A stretch of 64,000 nt of DNA from Octopus sinensis. Lineage: Eukaryota. The stretch covers positions 77,810,001-77,874,000 of the forward strand of contig NC_043002.1 of NCBI RefSeq assembly GCF_006345805.1, in the 5' to 3' direction. The position numbers and the translations under genes are program-made. This document shows, one piece after another, positions 25,072 to 37,833 of the stretch (within the stretch, counting starts at the first letter, position 1; each line of letters begins with the position of its first letter). The notes beneath the pieces were generated by a model. It worked only from the letters and a program-made list of their open reading frames with translations. It had not been told where the DNA came from and searched no databases.

Positions 25072-25147
25072 ATTATTTAGGCAGAGTGGTATACATACAA
25101 TTTTCCTGTACAAGAAAATTACATGTATACCACTCTGCCTAAATAAT
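25072..25147. repeat. 34-bp near-perfect inverted repeat with 8-nt loop
   Basis: attatttaggcagagtggtatacatacaattttc / gaaaattacatgtataccactctgcctaaataat. Confidence 0.9.
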
Positions 25148-25164
25148 GGAACTGCAGATACAAT

Positions 25165-25503
25165 ATCCTGGGGCACTAAACCAGTACTTACTTTTAAAAG
25201 TCTGGTGCTTATTCTATTGGCCTTGTTTACTGTACCACAAAGTTACAGGAATGTAAACAAACTAACACCAATTGTCAAGTGGTGATGATAACAAACACAA
25301 GAAAACATACACATACATGTATATATGTACATAAATGTGACAGGTATTTTTTCAGTTTCTTTCTACTAAATCCACTCCCAAGACAATGGTCAAGCTAGAA
25401 CTGTAGTAGATGACGGTTGCCTGAGGTGCTGCACAGTGGGGCTGAACTCAAAACCATGCGATTGCAAACCAAACTTGTTAACTGAATAGCCATGCCTGCA
25501 CCT
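25165..25503 (-). mobile_element. SINE family A, degenerate
   Basis: Reverse complement of the head (gccatgcctgcaccta) and body (ttcagtttc..tactaaatccactc). Confidence 0.7.
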
Positions 25504-26421
25504 ATATGTCAAAGACTGCCACATAAATCTTCTCTAACTCAATACTAATCAGAAGACAATATCCAAAATTATATTAATGACACCTAAATATTTTCATTGC
25601 TTTTCTTGCTATTTTTAACCTCATTCATATTAACGAAGTCCCAACACTTACTTTCGAAATAACATCACTTTTAATTACAGATATTGTGACAAGAATTTTC
25701 TCCTTCAATGCCCCAAGATAGTGAAATGTTCTTTTTGTTCATTTCTGGCTATCTAGTTTGATCAATATATTTAAACACCGTAACAACCATTTGTTATTCT
25801 GAAATGTCTACTTCCCTGACCCCCAACTCCACCACCCAGCCACATCTCTCTGGAGTCACTCGCATCAGTCACCATTCTTTGATGCCTATTGAACTGTAAT
25901 CTATTTTGTTTTCCCATCACAACTGACTTTAAGCAGTTGTGTTAGTCTATAAATGTTGTCAGTCATTTATTTGGACGTGGAGGAATGAAGTGAGAGATAA
26001 ATGAAATAAATAAATAAATAAATATAAAAAAAGAGAGGTTGGTGGGGGGGAAATGTGAAAATGTATTGCTTATAGTGTGGAATAAAGCATTTATAAATGC
26101 CTTTACTGAATAGAGATTTTGTGATTGTCCTATTAACAATGACAAGTTAAAAGTTGACAAAGAATAGAAATTAAGCAACAATTATCTGCCTGTCTAAAAC
26201 TATAGACATTTAGAGAGTAAATAATTCAACACTCGTGCATGAAAAAGAAGTTTATAAACTATATAAATGGAACAAATATAACTGCATTGGTGCTCATAAT
26301 TATCATTTTCATTTTAAATATTTACAACTATGCTCTTTATTGAAAATATTTTTTACACTCACATACACACGTGTTTCCTTCTTTTGTTCTTGTCCTCACT
26401 GTCCTTCTCTTTTGCTCTCTC

Positions 26422-26467
<46 letters not shown>

Positions 26468-27261
26468 CATACATATCCTTTGTGTAAGCTAGCTCAATTC
26501 CATTTTCCTTCCCAGATTCAGCAAGTTTTTGAGGTGGGGAAGAGAAGACCATTTTTTCTTATCATTTTTAAGTGAATTTCCTCCTCCTCCTCCTCTGTCA
26601 GTTAATTCTAGTTCACTTCTTAGGAGACACACACACACATACATGTGCCAAAACACACACACACACACTTCTACATCTGCTTGTAATCTATTTGACTTCC
26701 ACTTCTTCTTTCTCTTCTTCTTTTGACATTTCTTTTTATTTGTAGATCAACTTTCTCAATCATTCTTTTCTTTTTTTTTTCCCCCTTTTCTTTCATTACC
26801 ATTTTTGCCAGTAGCTTCATTTTTCTCATTGTCTTTTCTTTTAATTTTTGTTTGTTTGTTTTTTTACTTATTTTATGGCAGAAATTTCAAGTATAAGTTG
26901 AACTAAGGACTAGAATTCTACCACATGTCTTTCTTTAGGCAATTAATTCAAACAGTGGTTCACCACTAAGCAGAAAACACTAAACAAATAACTTATTGTC
27001 CACTTCAATAAACACCAATTGTTTCCAAAGAATGGTGCTAACTTCAATATGGCTAACATTATATATCACTACACTACACTGCAAATGTACCAACCACTGA
27101 GCCTTCTCATAAGTTGGAAAAAAATATTTATTCATTGAGAAAACTAAGAGATAACAACACAACAAACATCATTGACAAAGAACATTACTTACTCTATTTG
27201 ATAGCATAAAAGGTGCATGAGCCTATTAGATGCATTCTAATTTCGTCATCATGGATATATA

Positions 27262-27681
27262 GGCACAGGAGTGGCTGTGTGGTAAGTAGCTTGCTTACCA
27301 GCCACATGGTTCCGGGTTCAGTCCCACTGCGTGGCACCTTGGGCAAGTGTCTTCTACTATAGCCTCGGGACAACCAAAGCCTTGTGAGTGGATTTGGTAG
27401 ACAGAAACTGAAAGAAGCCTATCGTATATATATGTATATATATATGTATGTGTGTATATATTTGTGTGGCTGTGTTTGCCCCCCCCCCCGCCCCCAACAT
27501 CGCTTGACAACCAATGCTGGTGTGTTTACGTCCTAGTAACTTAGCAGTTCGGCAAAGAGACCAATAGAATAAGTACTAGACTTACAAAGAATAAGTCCTG
27601 GGGGCAATTTGCTCAACTAAAGGCAGTTCTCCAGCATGGCCACAATCAAATGACTGAAACAAGTAAAAGAGCAAAAGAGTA
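27262..27681 (+). mobile_element. SINE family A, full length
   Basis: Collinear with 3219-3587. Confidence 0.9.
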
Positions 27682-28951
27682 TGTAATGTCTATTCTCCAT
27701 GCTAGCATGAGTTGGATGGTTTGATGAGAGCTGGTAAGTTGAAGGGCTGTGACAAACTCTATCATCTGTTTTGGCAGGGTTTCTAAAGTTGGATTTCATC
27801 CTTCCTAACACCAACCACTTTAATGTATGTACTGGATGCTGTTTTTGCAGCACCAGCACCAGTTGGGTCACCAAATAACTTGCAAGATGAGACAAAGACC
27901 CTTTGACTGGGGGAGGGGGGTAGTATTGAAGGATGTGACTTCATGCCAGTCGATGAGAGGTTTAAAGAATGATAGAGGGATAGGTGTGTTGTTGTAGAAG
28001 CGATACAAGGATACCCCAGTAGGGGAAGAAAGGAGAAGGAAACTCTGAGAGAAAGAGAGATATGGAGAGAGTGGGAGAGATGGAGAGAGTGGGAGAGATG
28101 GAGAGAGTGGAAGAAATGGAGGGAATGGGAGAGAGGGGGATGGATTGGACTGGGTGGGTGGGCAGAGGTAACAGAAAGGAAAATTTCATAAGAATGTGAA
28201 GGAAGGTGATTTCATGGGATACAGGTAGCTGTAGTAATTGAAGGTGAAATATATAGGAGTGGCTCAGTGAGAGGGAGGGTTATGTTAGATATGTGAGGTA
28301 ATTGGGGGGGGGAGATAGGTGATGAGAAAGGTTTTAAGGATAGAGTCTAGCAGAGGTGGGAGAGCATGGCCAGAGAAAGATAATGAGGAATGGAAAGTGT
28401 TCTGGGGAGGGGTAAGAAAGAGAAAGATAATGAAATGGAAGAGTGTGTGTAGCATGTGTCTGTTCTGCTCTCAGGTGATTATGGTAGCTGAATAATATCA
28501 GGGATAAAGAAGTGATGAGCGTTAGGGAATGAGTTGTGAAGGAAATTTGATGGGATAGTGAAAATGGAGGTGGGAGGAAAAACTTCACACTCCCTAAAGG
28601 ATGAAAGGCAAAGTTGACTTTAGCAGAATTTGAACTCAGAATGTACAAACAGTTGAAATGATCCAAAGCATTTTGTCCGGTGTACTAATGTTCCTGTGAG
28701 CCAGTTCACCACCTTTACAGTGCAAGTAATAATAAGCCTGTTTTCATAAATATTATTATTATGGAATTAAACTAAATAGAAGAAACTGTCTGAACTAAAA
28801 TTGGTCCATAGTAACAAACATCAGGAACAATATTAGCTTATTGGAGGCCCAATTTCGTTTATAGGGCTTAGGATGATTTTTCTTCTTTTTTTTTGAGACT
28901 TTTTTTGGGGGAAAAAGTGTCTTTATGCCATCAAATCTAGTGTGTTTTATG

Positions 28952-29167
28952 TTTTACTTGTTTCAGTCATTTGACTGTGGCCACGCTGGAGCACCGCCTT
29001 TAGTTGAACAAATTGACCCTGGGACCTATTCTTTGTAAGCCTAATATCTATTCTATCAGTCTCTTTCTGCTGAATCACTAAATGACAAATCGGTAGTTAC
29101 GCGATGGGGGAGGGGGGCAAACACTGACACAAATAACAAATACATACATACATATATACATTTATAC

Positions 29168-29210
<43 letters not shown>

Positions 29211-29373
29211 ACAGGCTTCTTTCAGTTTCCATCTACCAAATGCACTCACAAGGCTTTGGTCATCCCGAGGCTATAGTAGAAGACACTTGCCCAAGGTGCC
29301 ACACAGTGGGACTGAACCTGAAATCATGTAGTTGGAAATGAAACTTCTTGACCACACAGCCACTCCTGCACCT
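28952..29373 (-). mobile_element. SINE family A
   Basis: Reverse complement of family A: ttacttgtttcagtcatttgactg ... accacacagccactcctgcaccta. Confidence 0.88.
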
Positions 29374-31351
29374 ATGTATTTATTTTATAGAATTTACTTC
29401 AGAGGAGGTGGTGTGTCTACCTTAGCATTATCATCAACTTCATCATTTTATATCTGCTTTCTGTGCTGGCATGGTTAGATAGGTCAGTTCTAATTCAGAG
29501 TTATTGTCACACTAGACGAGTCAGAAATCCATGTCTTACTACCTGTGTGTTTCGTTTCTGACTGGGTTTCTACAGCTAGGTGCTATTTCTCTCACCAACC
29601 ACTTTGTAGTGTGTACTGGGTGTATTTTATAATGATAGTAGTACTAGAGATGCTTTCATGTCCTCGCCGTGACTGAAGAGTCCTCTCAACCCAACATCAT
29701 TTCTGCTCATTACAGAGAGGAGGCTATGTTGATAGAGCAGAGATTGAAGTGTATTTGTGATTAACTTCATACCAATCAAACAAGTAGATTTATTTTGGAT
29801 GTGATCTTTGATGGCTGCATGAACAGTAGCAGTACCACTCCATATGTGAGAGTAGTGCATCTCTCCTTGTTTATCATTCATTCATTTATTATTGATCCAA
29901 GTAACACAACATGCTCCATTGTGAACCATGTAACTCTTATCACAAATTGATCTGTGATAACATGGGTTGGCAATCAATTAAAGATTCTGCTTGAACTGTA
30001 AAAGTGTGCTTCAGTGGACCATACACAATGCTTAGGACAACTAAGAGTCATGGAATAAACCCTAATAGAACCCATATGTTCTATTAGTCATTATTCACTA
30101 ATTCATTTAACACAATGTTTTGTTTTTGTTTTGTTTTGTTCTTTTGGTGGTGGGGAGCCAAACCCCCTATGATAAACAAGGAAAGATGTATTCTCCTATG
30201 GATCTCACCTGACCTTTATACAGGGTTTGTAGTTCTAAATGGCTTAAATCTTTTCTGGGCTGGAACAGAAAGTACAGTTTTCAGGATACAGTTTTTGTTA
30301 TGTTGAAGATGTATGTTTGTTAAAAGAGAAAAGTTGATCTAAAAAGGCTCTAGTTAAGGAGCATCCATATTTTGGATAAGATACAATAATGGAGAAGTTT
30401 TTTTTTTATATGATTATGTCATTGTAGTGGTGAAAGAGACAAGATTAGCCTCCAAATTGGAGGATGCTTCTAAGGTCTATGTTTATGAAATCAGTGCATG
30501 TTTAATGTGAGATATTGCATGTCAGTGACAGCTATGTGTAGGACATGAAGGAAGAATGAAAAAGGATTTCATCTATGCAGGAGTGGATGTTGTCCAAGGT
30601 GATGACAAGTAGGTTGTTGATGTACAGGAAAGTGCAGAAGACAAAATGGAACTTGGGGGTACACCAGAATTGAAAGAATTCAGATCAAAGAGAGAACGGC
30701 ATTAATATGCGCTGATGTTAGATTCAAAAGATATGAAACAGACCAGTCCTATAGGTGGATGATTTGGATTAAAGATTGAAGACACAGTAAAATGCTTTAG
30801 AGCAGGCATATATAACAACATTCAATATAACAAAATTAAGTATATGTGTGTGTGTTTGTGTATCATCATCATCAACAACATTTAATGTCTCTCTTCTATG
30901 TTGGCATGGCTGGATAGTTTGACAGCAGTTGGTGCCAAGCTCCACATTACAGAATGGACACACACACACACACATTATTTGTTATTCATATAGGCTCATG
31001 AATTTACAACTGCAAAGTTTTCCTTGCATGCATGTAGGTGCACACACACACACACATACATATAAACATATGGTGGTGTGGTGACTGCAACTCAATTTCA
31101 AGTAAATATGGCCTTTTATTCCTGCTAAGAGCCTATACTCTTTTCACAGACATAGCAACAATGAACACCTCTTACAACAGGTGTTGAGAGAGCTTATCAC
31201 CCATGCTGACCAAATGCCTTCATTCCATCCTGGAACTTTCATTAAACATTTTCCCTTCAGTTATGGCCAGCCATCACAGAATGCAACATATAATAGAAAT
31301 GTTAACGGAGCTGTTAAAAATCAAGTAATACCTGTGTCTGAAATGTTTTAA

Positions 31352-31530
31352 CCCTTTCGTTACCGTATTTATTTTGAGATGCTCTGTGTTTCTTTCAATT
31401 AATCTTAAATATAACAAAGAATTTAGTAAAATAACTTAATTATTTTAAATGTTAGGAACATAAATTGTGACTAAGGTTTGGTGGAAGGTTTTAATTCAAA
31501 ACTTATTCAGCTGGGTTGGTATCGAAAGGG
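31352..31530. mobile_element. piggyBac-type MITE, 179 bp
   Basis: TTAA|CCCTTTCGTTACC ... GGTATCGAAAGGG|TTAA: CCC-starting terminal inverted repeats and a TTAA duplication, the established piggyBac signature. Confidence 0.8.
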
Positions 31531-34500
31531 TTAAAGTGAAGGTCCTGCAAAGGGCCAATCCCACTTCCTAAACATATGCATTTGCCCCAAAAAAGAACTA
31601 GTCTACATCATTAGATGCAAACAAAGTTGCAGGTGATACGTAAGAATTTTTCTTCTCCTAGAGAAATGTCTAAATAAAAACTAGGGGGTCTATCACTCTC
31701 AACTGTTCAATGACTTTTGACTCAACTGAGTTCATCCAAACTTTGACAGGCTTTGTTTTTCATTCTGCAGGGTGTCCAACAAAAATCACCATCCTTACCA
31801 AATAGCCTTGGTAGGACTGCTGGTTTAGTTGCAGGCAGTCTGACCATATATATATCAGCCCTCACCGTTTGTTTTTACTGTTTTGTTCTTACTGTCCTAT
31901 TTTTGTTACAACTTAAACCCTCTGCAAAACATCCCAAATTTTATTCGATTTGCTTTGCAGCAAGGATTGTTTTAACAAAGTCGTGTCTTGTCCATACCTT
32001 CAAAACGCGGAGAGATAAATCAAGGGACAACTGATGAAGGGAATGTTCTTTATATTGCCTGTTTCGTTTCTCTATTTCTTTCTTTAGTTGTTCGAAAAAA
32101 AGTTCGTTTATCATGCTTTTGTTTTTTAATGGTCTCGTTTCTCATTTTGTTAACGTTTTTTTGATGTCCTGTACCCATATATGCATGTATATATATATAT
32201 AAATACATATATATATATAAATACATATATATTTAATACACACATATTATATAAATATACATTATATATATCGTGTGTGAGTGTTCAGAAAGTAACATCA
32301 TAAGGAGAAGACTGAAGCCAGTTATTAATCTAACTTTATGTCGGTTAAGTGATTACAAAATTATCTATGATCTTCAGTGATATGTGGTGAGGCAACACTG
32401 TTAATCTATACCAGTAAAACGTTCATATAACTTAATTTGATGGCCAGGGGAGATGGCAGGTGTTCTGCAATGTAATCAGAAAGAGAGGCTGTTCTGAAAA
32501 CTAAGCAGTCGTTTATATCTTTGGCTTGTCGTTGTTTAACTCCATGTTAGTTCCAACCTTTAGTTAAAGGCAGTTCCAGGCATGACATCTTGCCTTTCCC
32601 CCCCCCCACTAGACATATATACCTGGGAGTACATTATCCAATGCATCTTCACATATTTCTAAATGATACATTGTGATATAAGGGCGGTTTCATAGCTATT
32701 TTTAGCAGATCAGACTCCAATACTGATTTTCTGGTTATCTTGTCTGCAGGGATTGTTTTATTAAGCAAGGGTTTTCGGAGAAGGATACTGTCGTAGTTAC
32801 ACTTGTGGAGAGGTCCATCAGCAATTATTGCAATAAAGGGACCTGATGAAAATTTTCTAACAAGCGAATAGATCATAATGGCAAGTAGCTTAGATGTTTC
32901 TATAAAACTATGAAAGTTTCGATAAAAACTAGTACAGTGCTCACTGATGAAGGGAAAAGATTCAAAGTGATAGTGTTCTACAATTGTTCAATTGCCCTAA
33001 ATATGTTGTTGTTGTTGTTTAACCCAAGGTCACCTCAGATTCAGCAGACTTATGATCAAAGGTAATCCAGTTATGACCATTTCATCATCTTTTTTTTTTT
33101 TTTGCAAGGAAAAATAGATTTAGGGCTACATTATCAGTTGCGTCCTTCCGTTTATAAAATCTGTAAAGTATGATTTGAAGAAACCTTTGGCTGCTATTTC
33201 TAGACTAAGTACAATTCCTTCCACAGTTACCTGGCAACTAGGGAGTTAAAACTGTGGACAGAGGGTACACATACTAAAATCTAGTATATTCCTAGATGTG
33301 AATCGAATTATGAAAGCTGGAGTAGAAGTGAAGGAGATATCTGAAGAAAATGCAGCTTATAAGCAGTATTGTCTCAAAACATGAGCGCACAGAGCAGCTG
33401 CCCAGGACCCGGTGGATCTAGAGATCAAATTCTAATCTACGTATGCTATGGGTTTTGTATGTAGTGTTCCTGATGTATTGATTTGCCCAAGGGTCCTAAT
33501 GCTGTTAAGATACTTTTACTTATAAGCAGTCCATACGCGTACCTGTTGGTTATCGATAGACTTTGTTAGATTGGTTAGTGTTAATGATAACGTACAAATT
33601 TTCATCCCTTAAAGTGAGTTTTACGAATTCAGTCTGTGAGATAGTATAAGTTCAGCAAAACTTTCTAAAAAAAATTTTTTTAATAAAAAAAGCTTGGCCT
33701 CTACGAATTTATTTATTGGTGTCGAAATTTCGGTAAATGAATCCCGCTCCCACCCCACCCTCTGAAACTAGTTCTTGTTAGAACTTAAAAAGAAGGAAAG
33801 AGAAAGAAATAAGAAATAAACATATATATTGTCACAACGCTCAATTTACTCTACTCTTGTACAAAAGGACATAATTTTCTTATTTCCATTTGGTTTGGAT
33901 GTTTGTTGTTAAACATACGAAACGAAAGAAAAAGGCAAATTTAAATTATTGAAATAGATTCCATTTGGTAAAGAAAGAAAAAAACCTCAGTCAGTGAAGT
34001 TTATTATCTTCGCCACAATTCATCTCTAAATTGCCTTCTCAAAAAAATAGAACTGTAATTAGAGATGCGCGGTAAAAATAAATTGACAAGTAAAGATAGA
34101 AACAATACTTAGACTAAAACAAAAACTATGGAAATAAACGAAAAATAGAAAGGAAAGAAAGATAAGTTACTTGTGTTACTGTTATTTCCTTGTTTATATA
34201 TCTCTCTCTTGTGTAATTTATCAATGGAATTCATAAGATGCGTTTACTTATAAACAATAGCTCTTGTTTTTAGCCAGTTTATTAGTATGAGCGTGTATGT
34301 GTGCAAATGCGTATGTATGTGTATTTATACGTACACATACACACTTATACATATATTCGTACACATACATACATACATGCGTGCATGCATGCATGCATAC
34401 ATACATACATACAAGCATACACAGATACACACACACACATACGTGCATACTATGTGTATGCAAGTACGTGTGTATTTGTGCGTAAACAACAATGTGTTTT

Positions 34501-35029
34501 GATTCTAAAGTGATGAATGATACAAACAAAAATATATTACATATATAGTTGTTGTGATCTTTTTTTATCATTATTATTACTTAAGAGTACCATAATTTCT
34601 CCCTTCACCTTCGTCTTAAAACTCCCGGGCTTCATCTTGTAAAGCATGAAGCTACCGGCAAATCCAAATTGCGCCCGGGTTTCACTTCACTTATGTCACT
34701 AAGCTTCACGATGGTTTATTACATTTCACTTGCCAAAGACTAACGCATGAATGTTACATGATCCCGCACTCTCAGCCCCTTGCAAATCTGAAACTTCGTG
34801 CTTCAGTAACAAAAATAAATCTTGATATGTAAACCGGTTCGATTCCCGGATTGTGACATTTCAATTAATTTTACATTGCTAGTGTTCTTAGGGAAAAGGT
34901 GTCACAACCTCTTATTTCCGTTTCCCTTAAATATCTTATTCTTGACGTCAAAGGTCTTACATTTAAGCCCACAGGAGTCTTCTTTGTCTTCCTTTTCGAC
35001 AAGTAGACTGATGTTAGGATTAGGGTGAT

Positions 35030-36213
35030 GGATTGGTAGAATTGTTGAAGCATTATGCAATATTCAGTTACTACTTCTGATGTTCTGAGTTCAAATGTAC
35101 ACGAGGTCGACTTTGCCTTTCATCCTTTCAGAGTCAATAAAAGAACTACCAGTCAAATTCTAAGGTTGATGCAATCACTAGCTGCCTCCACCAAAATATC
35201 AGGCCTTGTATCTATGGTAGAAAAGATTATCATTATTATTGTTGGCAAATCGTTGGCACGCTGGACAAAATGCACAGCGGCATTTCTTCTGGCTTTTTCT
35301 TTCTGAATTCAAATTTCGCCGACGTCGACTTTGCCTCTCACTCTTCCGGGTTCGATAAAATATGTACCAGACATGCATTGAAGTCGATGAAATCGACTGG
35401 CCCTCTCCACTAAAAAGTGTTAGGCCTTGTGCTTATCTGTTGTAGAAAGAAATCATTATCATTATTGCTGGCAAAATGCTTAGCGGCATTTCGTTCGTCT
35501 TTTTGTTCTGAGCTCAAATTATGCGGAGGTCAACTGTGTCTTTCATCCTTTCGGGGTTGATGAAATAAGTACCAGTTGCACACTGGAACCGATGTAATCG
35601 ACTAACCCCTCTCCCAAAATTTCAGGCCTTGTACCTATAATAGAAAGGATAACAAAATCGTTAGCATGCCGGGTAAAATGCTTTGCGGTATTTCGTCTGC
35701 CGCTACGTTCTGAGTTCAAATTCCGCCGAGGTCGACTTTGCCTTTCATCCTTTCGGGGGCGATTAAATAAGTACCAGTTACGCACTGGGGTCGATATAAT
35801 CGACTTAATCCGTTTGTCTGTCCTTGTTTGTCCTCTCTGTGTTTAGCCCCTTGTGGGTAGTAAAGAAATAGGTATTTCGTTCGTCTTCATTTTTACAGTT
35901 CAAACGCCGCCGAGGTTGACTTTGCCTTTCATCCTTTCGGAGTCGATAAAATGAATACCAGTGGAATACTGAGATCGATGTAATCAACTTACTCCCCTCT
36001 CCCGAACTTGCTGGCCTTGTACCAAAATTTGAAACCATTAAACGCAGCGAGCTGGTAGAATCTTTAGCACGCTGGGCGAAATGCTTAGTGGAATGTCGTC
36101 TGCTGCTACGTCTGAATTCAAATTCTGCCAAGGTCGACTTTGCCTTTCATCCTTTCGGGGTCGCGACTATCCCTCTCCTCCAAATTTCAGGCCTTGGGCC
36201 TATAATGGAAAGG

Positions 36214-36249
<36 letters not shown>

Positions 36250-36535
36250 ATTATCGTGCTCGTTCAAACCTCGCTGCAGTACATTTTACCTTTTACACCT
36301 CGGGATTGATAAAAATAAAGTAGAGTCATGTAACTAGAGTCGATATAATGGATTAAACCACCTCACCCTAAATTTCAGGCTTTGCAACTCTATTAGAAAA
36401 AAGTATTGTTAGTTGGGTCAACAGAATCAGTGGAGCATCAAACAGAATTCATTATTCTTCGTTCCGAGTTCAAATCACGCCAAGGTTGACATTGTCTTTC
36501 ATCCTTCCGGGGTCGATAAACCAAAGCACTAATCA
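35030..36535 (+). mobile_element. Head-to-tail cluster of about 8 SINE family B copies
   Basis: g(t/c)cgactttgcctttcatcctttcgggg recurs at about 35106, 35325, 35528, 35731, 35915, 36133 and 36485, plus a partial copy near 36290; all in the same orientation. Confidence 0.85.
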
Positions 36536-37391
36536 ATAAGCGTAAACTTAATCCGTCGCCCGGTTTAATACCATCAACTGGTCCTTAGGGGTCGTTAACG
36601 GGCAGGGCCTTTAGTCAAAAAATTACGTAAACCTGCCAGTCACCTAATCCTTAGGCAAAAGCCACGGGCCTCACTCTTTCTTCTCCGACAAGTTCACAGA
36701 AATAGTATGTGACGGTTTAAATGACTGTCTCATCTCCGCCAGAGTTTGTGGTCTTGTATTACGAATTATTTTGGGAAAGTAATCTCAGAAAGCAAGTGAG
36801 CTCCCATTTTACGATTGTATTTCGATCCTTGTTAGAGTTGTTTCGCTTTAAAACAAAAACAAAACAAAAAATCATGATCCTAATGAATCTAGTCGCTATG
36901 GTGGTTGTTGTTGTTTGGCCCTCTGTGTCCTGTTATAATTCCATTGACATCTAGGTTTCATCATAGATAAAAATACAAATCGGCTCCTTATTTTATCGAA
37001 CTCAGAAAAATGACAAAGTTAAAACCTTGACGGGATTTGAACTCAGAGCGTGAAGGGTCGTAATTAAATATTATCGAGTTGATTTCCGATCAAAGACATT
37101 CCATCCGAATGCTAATGCTCACCAATATTTTTCTTCTTTTCCTTTCTTTTTTTTTTTTCCGCAATAGTGTATCAAAAACTTAATTACGTTCTTCCTTTCC
37201 TTTAAGAATATGATTTTACGGAATTTTGACTGTTATTTCTAGTAAGTTGAGCGACCACGTAGAGTCTCTTTCGTTAGCTCATGAAGCTAACTGTAGTATT
37301 AATAAGTGAGTTTTCAACTGCAGTAGTTCTAGTAGTTTTATGTTTCTTCTTTCTTTTATCCGTTCAGATTCCGTTTCTATTTATTCACTCA

Positions 37392-37833
37392 AAAACATCG
37401 ATGTTTTGTGTGACACAAACCGTTTATTTCCTAAACTTTTCGTATCCTCGCTAATTTGCATACACGAGAGGTCATCAGTCCGTGTCACTACGGATTTGCA
37501 TACGCGAGAGGTCACCAATCCGTGTCGCTTCTCATTTGCATACGAGAGGTCATGTAGCAGGCCCAAACGAGGAAACACACAACACCACGCGCAGTAGTAT
37601 ATAGTGAGGAAGGAAGGATATGTTCTCTACGGATTTTCTCCGCTATCATGGCTAGTAACGGACACAGTGGCCCTATGAAAGTCAGACTTACAGGTAGGTT
37701 TACTTACATTTACTCTGTCCATCAACAAATCATATTAGCCTGAAGGTATGAAGCACTAAGTAGTCAGTCTAACTTACAATGTGTTATATTAAGTGCCTAC
37801 CACCACGCATATGTATTAAAAATATGGCCGCCG
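37392..37833 (+). promoter_or_regulatory. Candidate Pol II promoter: 16-bp palindrome, 3x40-bp octamer+AGGTCA repeats, downstream YY1-like site
   Basis: AAAACATCGATGTTTT 37392-37407; ATTTGCAT at 37454/37494/37534, each followed by AGGTCA; aatatggccgccg 37821-37833; locally CpG-rich; strong-Kozak ATG and a GT donor follow. Confidence 0.6.
37648..37693 (+). CDS. SMURF2: Candidate first coding exon MASNGHSGPMKVRLT(+G), probably Smurf-family HECT E3 ubiquitin ligase
   Basis: Kozak ctatcATGg and donor ACAG|gtaggt in phase 1. GPMKVRLT|V parallels recalled human SMURF2 MSNPGGRRNGPVKLRLT|VLCAKNL, including intron position and phase. Only 15 codons and no exon 2 found, so the symbol is tentative. Confidence 0.5.

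Noticed and set aside
27960-28560. Purine-rich stretch with ORFs and an 18-bp mini-repeat
   Set aside because: Low complexity; no family motif could be supported.
31106-31351. ~80-codon open frame (…HSNNEHLLQQVLRELITHADQMPSFHPG…)
   Set aside because: A frame of this length is plausible by chance in 64 kb, the donor is weak and no homology was recognised.
32028-32075. CTGATGAAGGG motif on the plus strand (also at ~32945)
   Set aside because: No downstream GAAA core, so it is not a hammerhead as it stands.
32649-32876. Minus-strand 75-aa ORF
   Set aside because: No recognisable domain and no consistent splice chain.
34836-34846. Isolated perfect B box GGTTCGATTCC
   Set aside because: No A box or cloverleaf upstream; probably a SINE or tRNA scrap, with no evidence for function.
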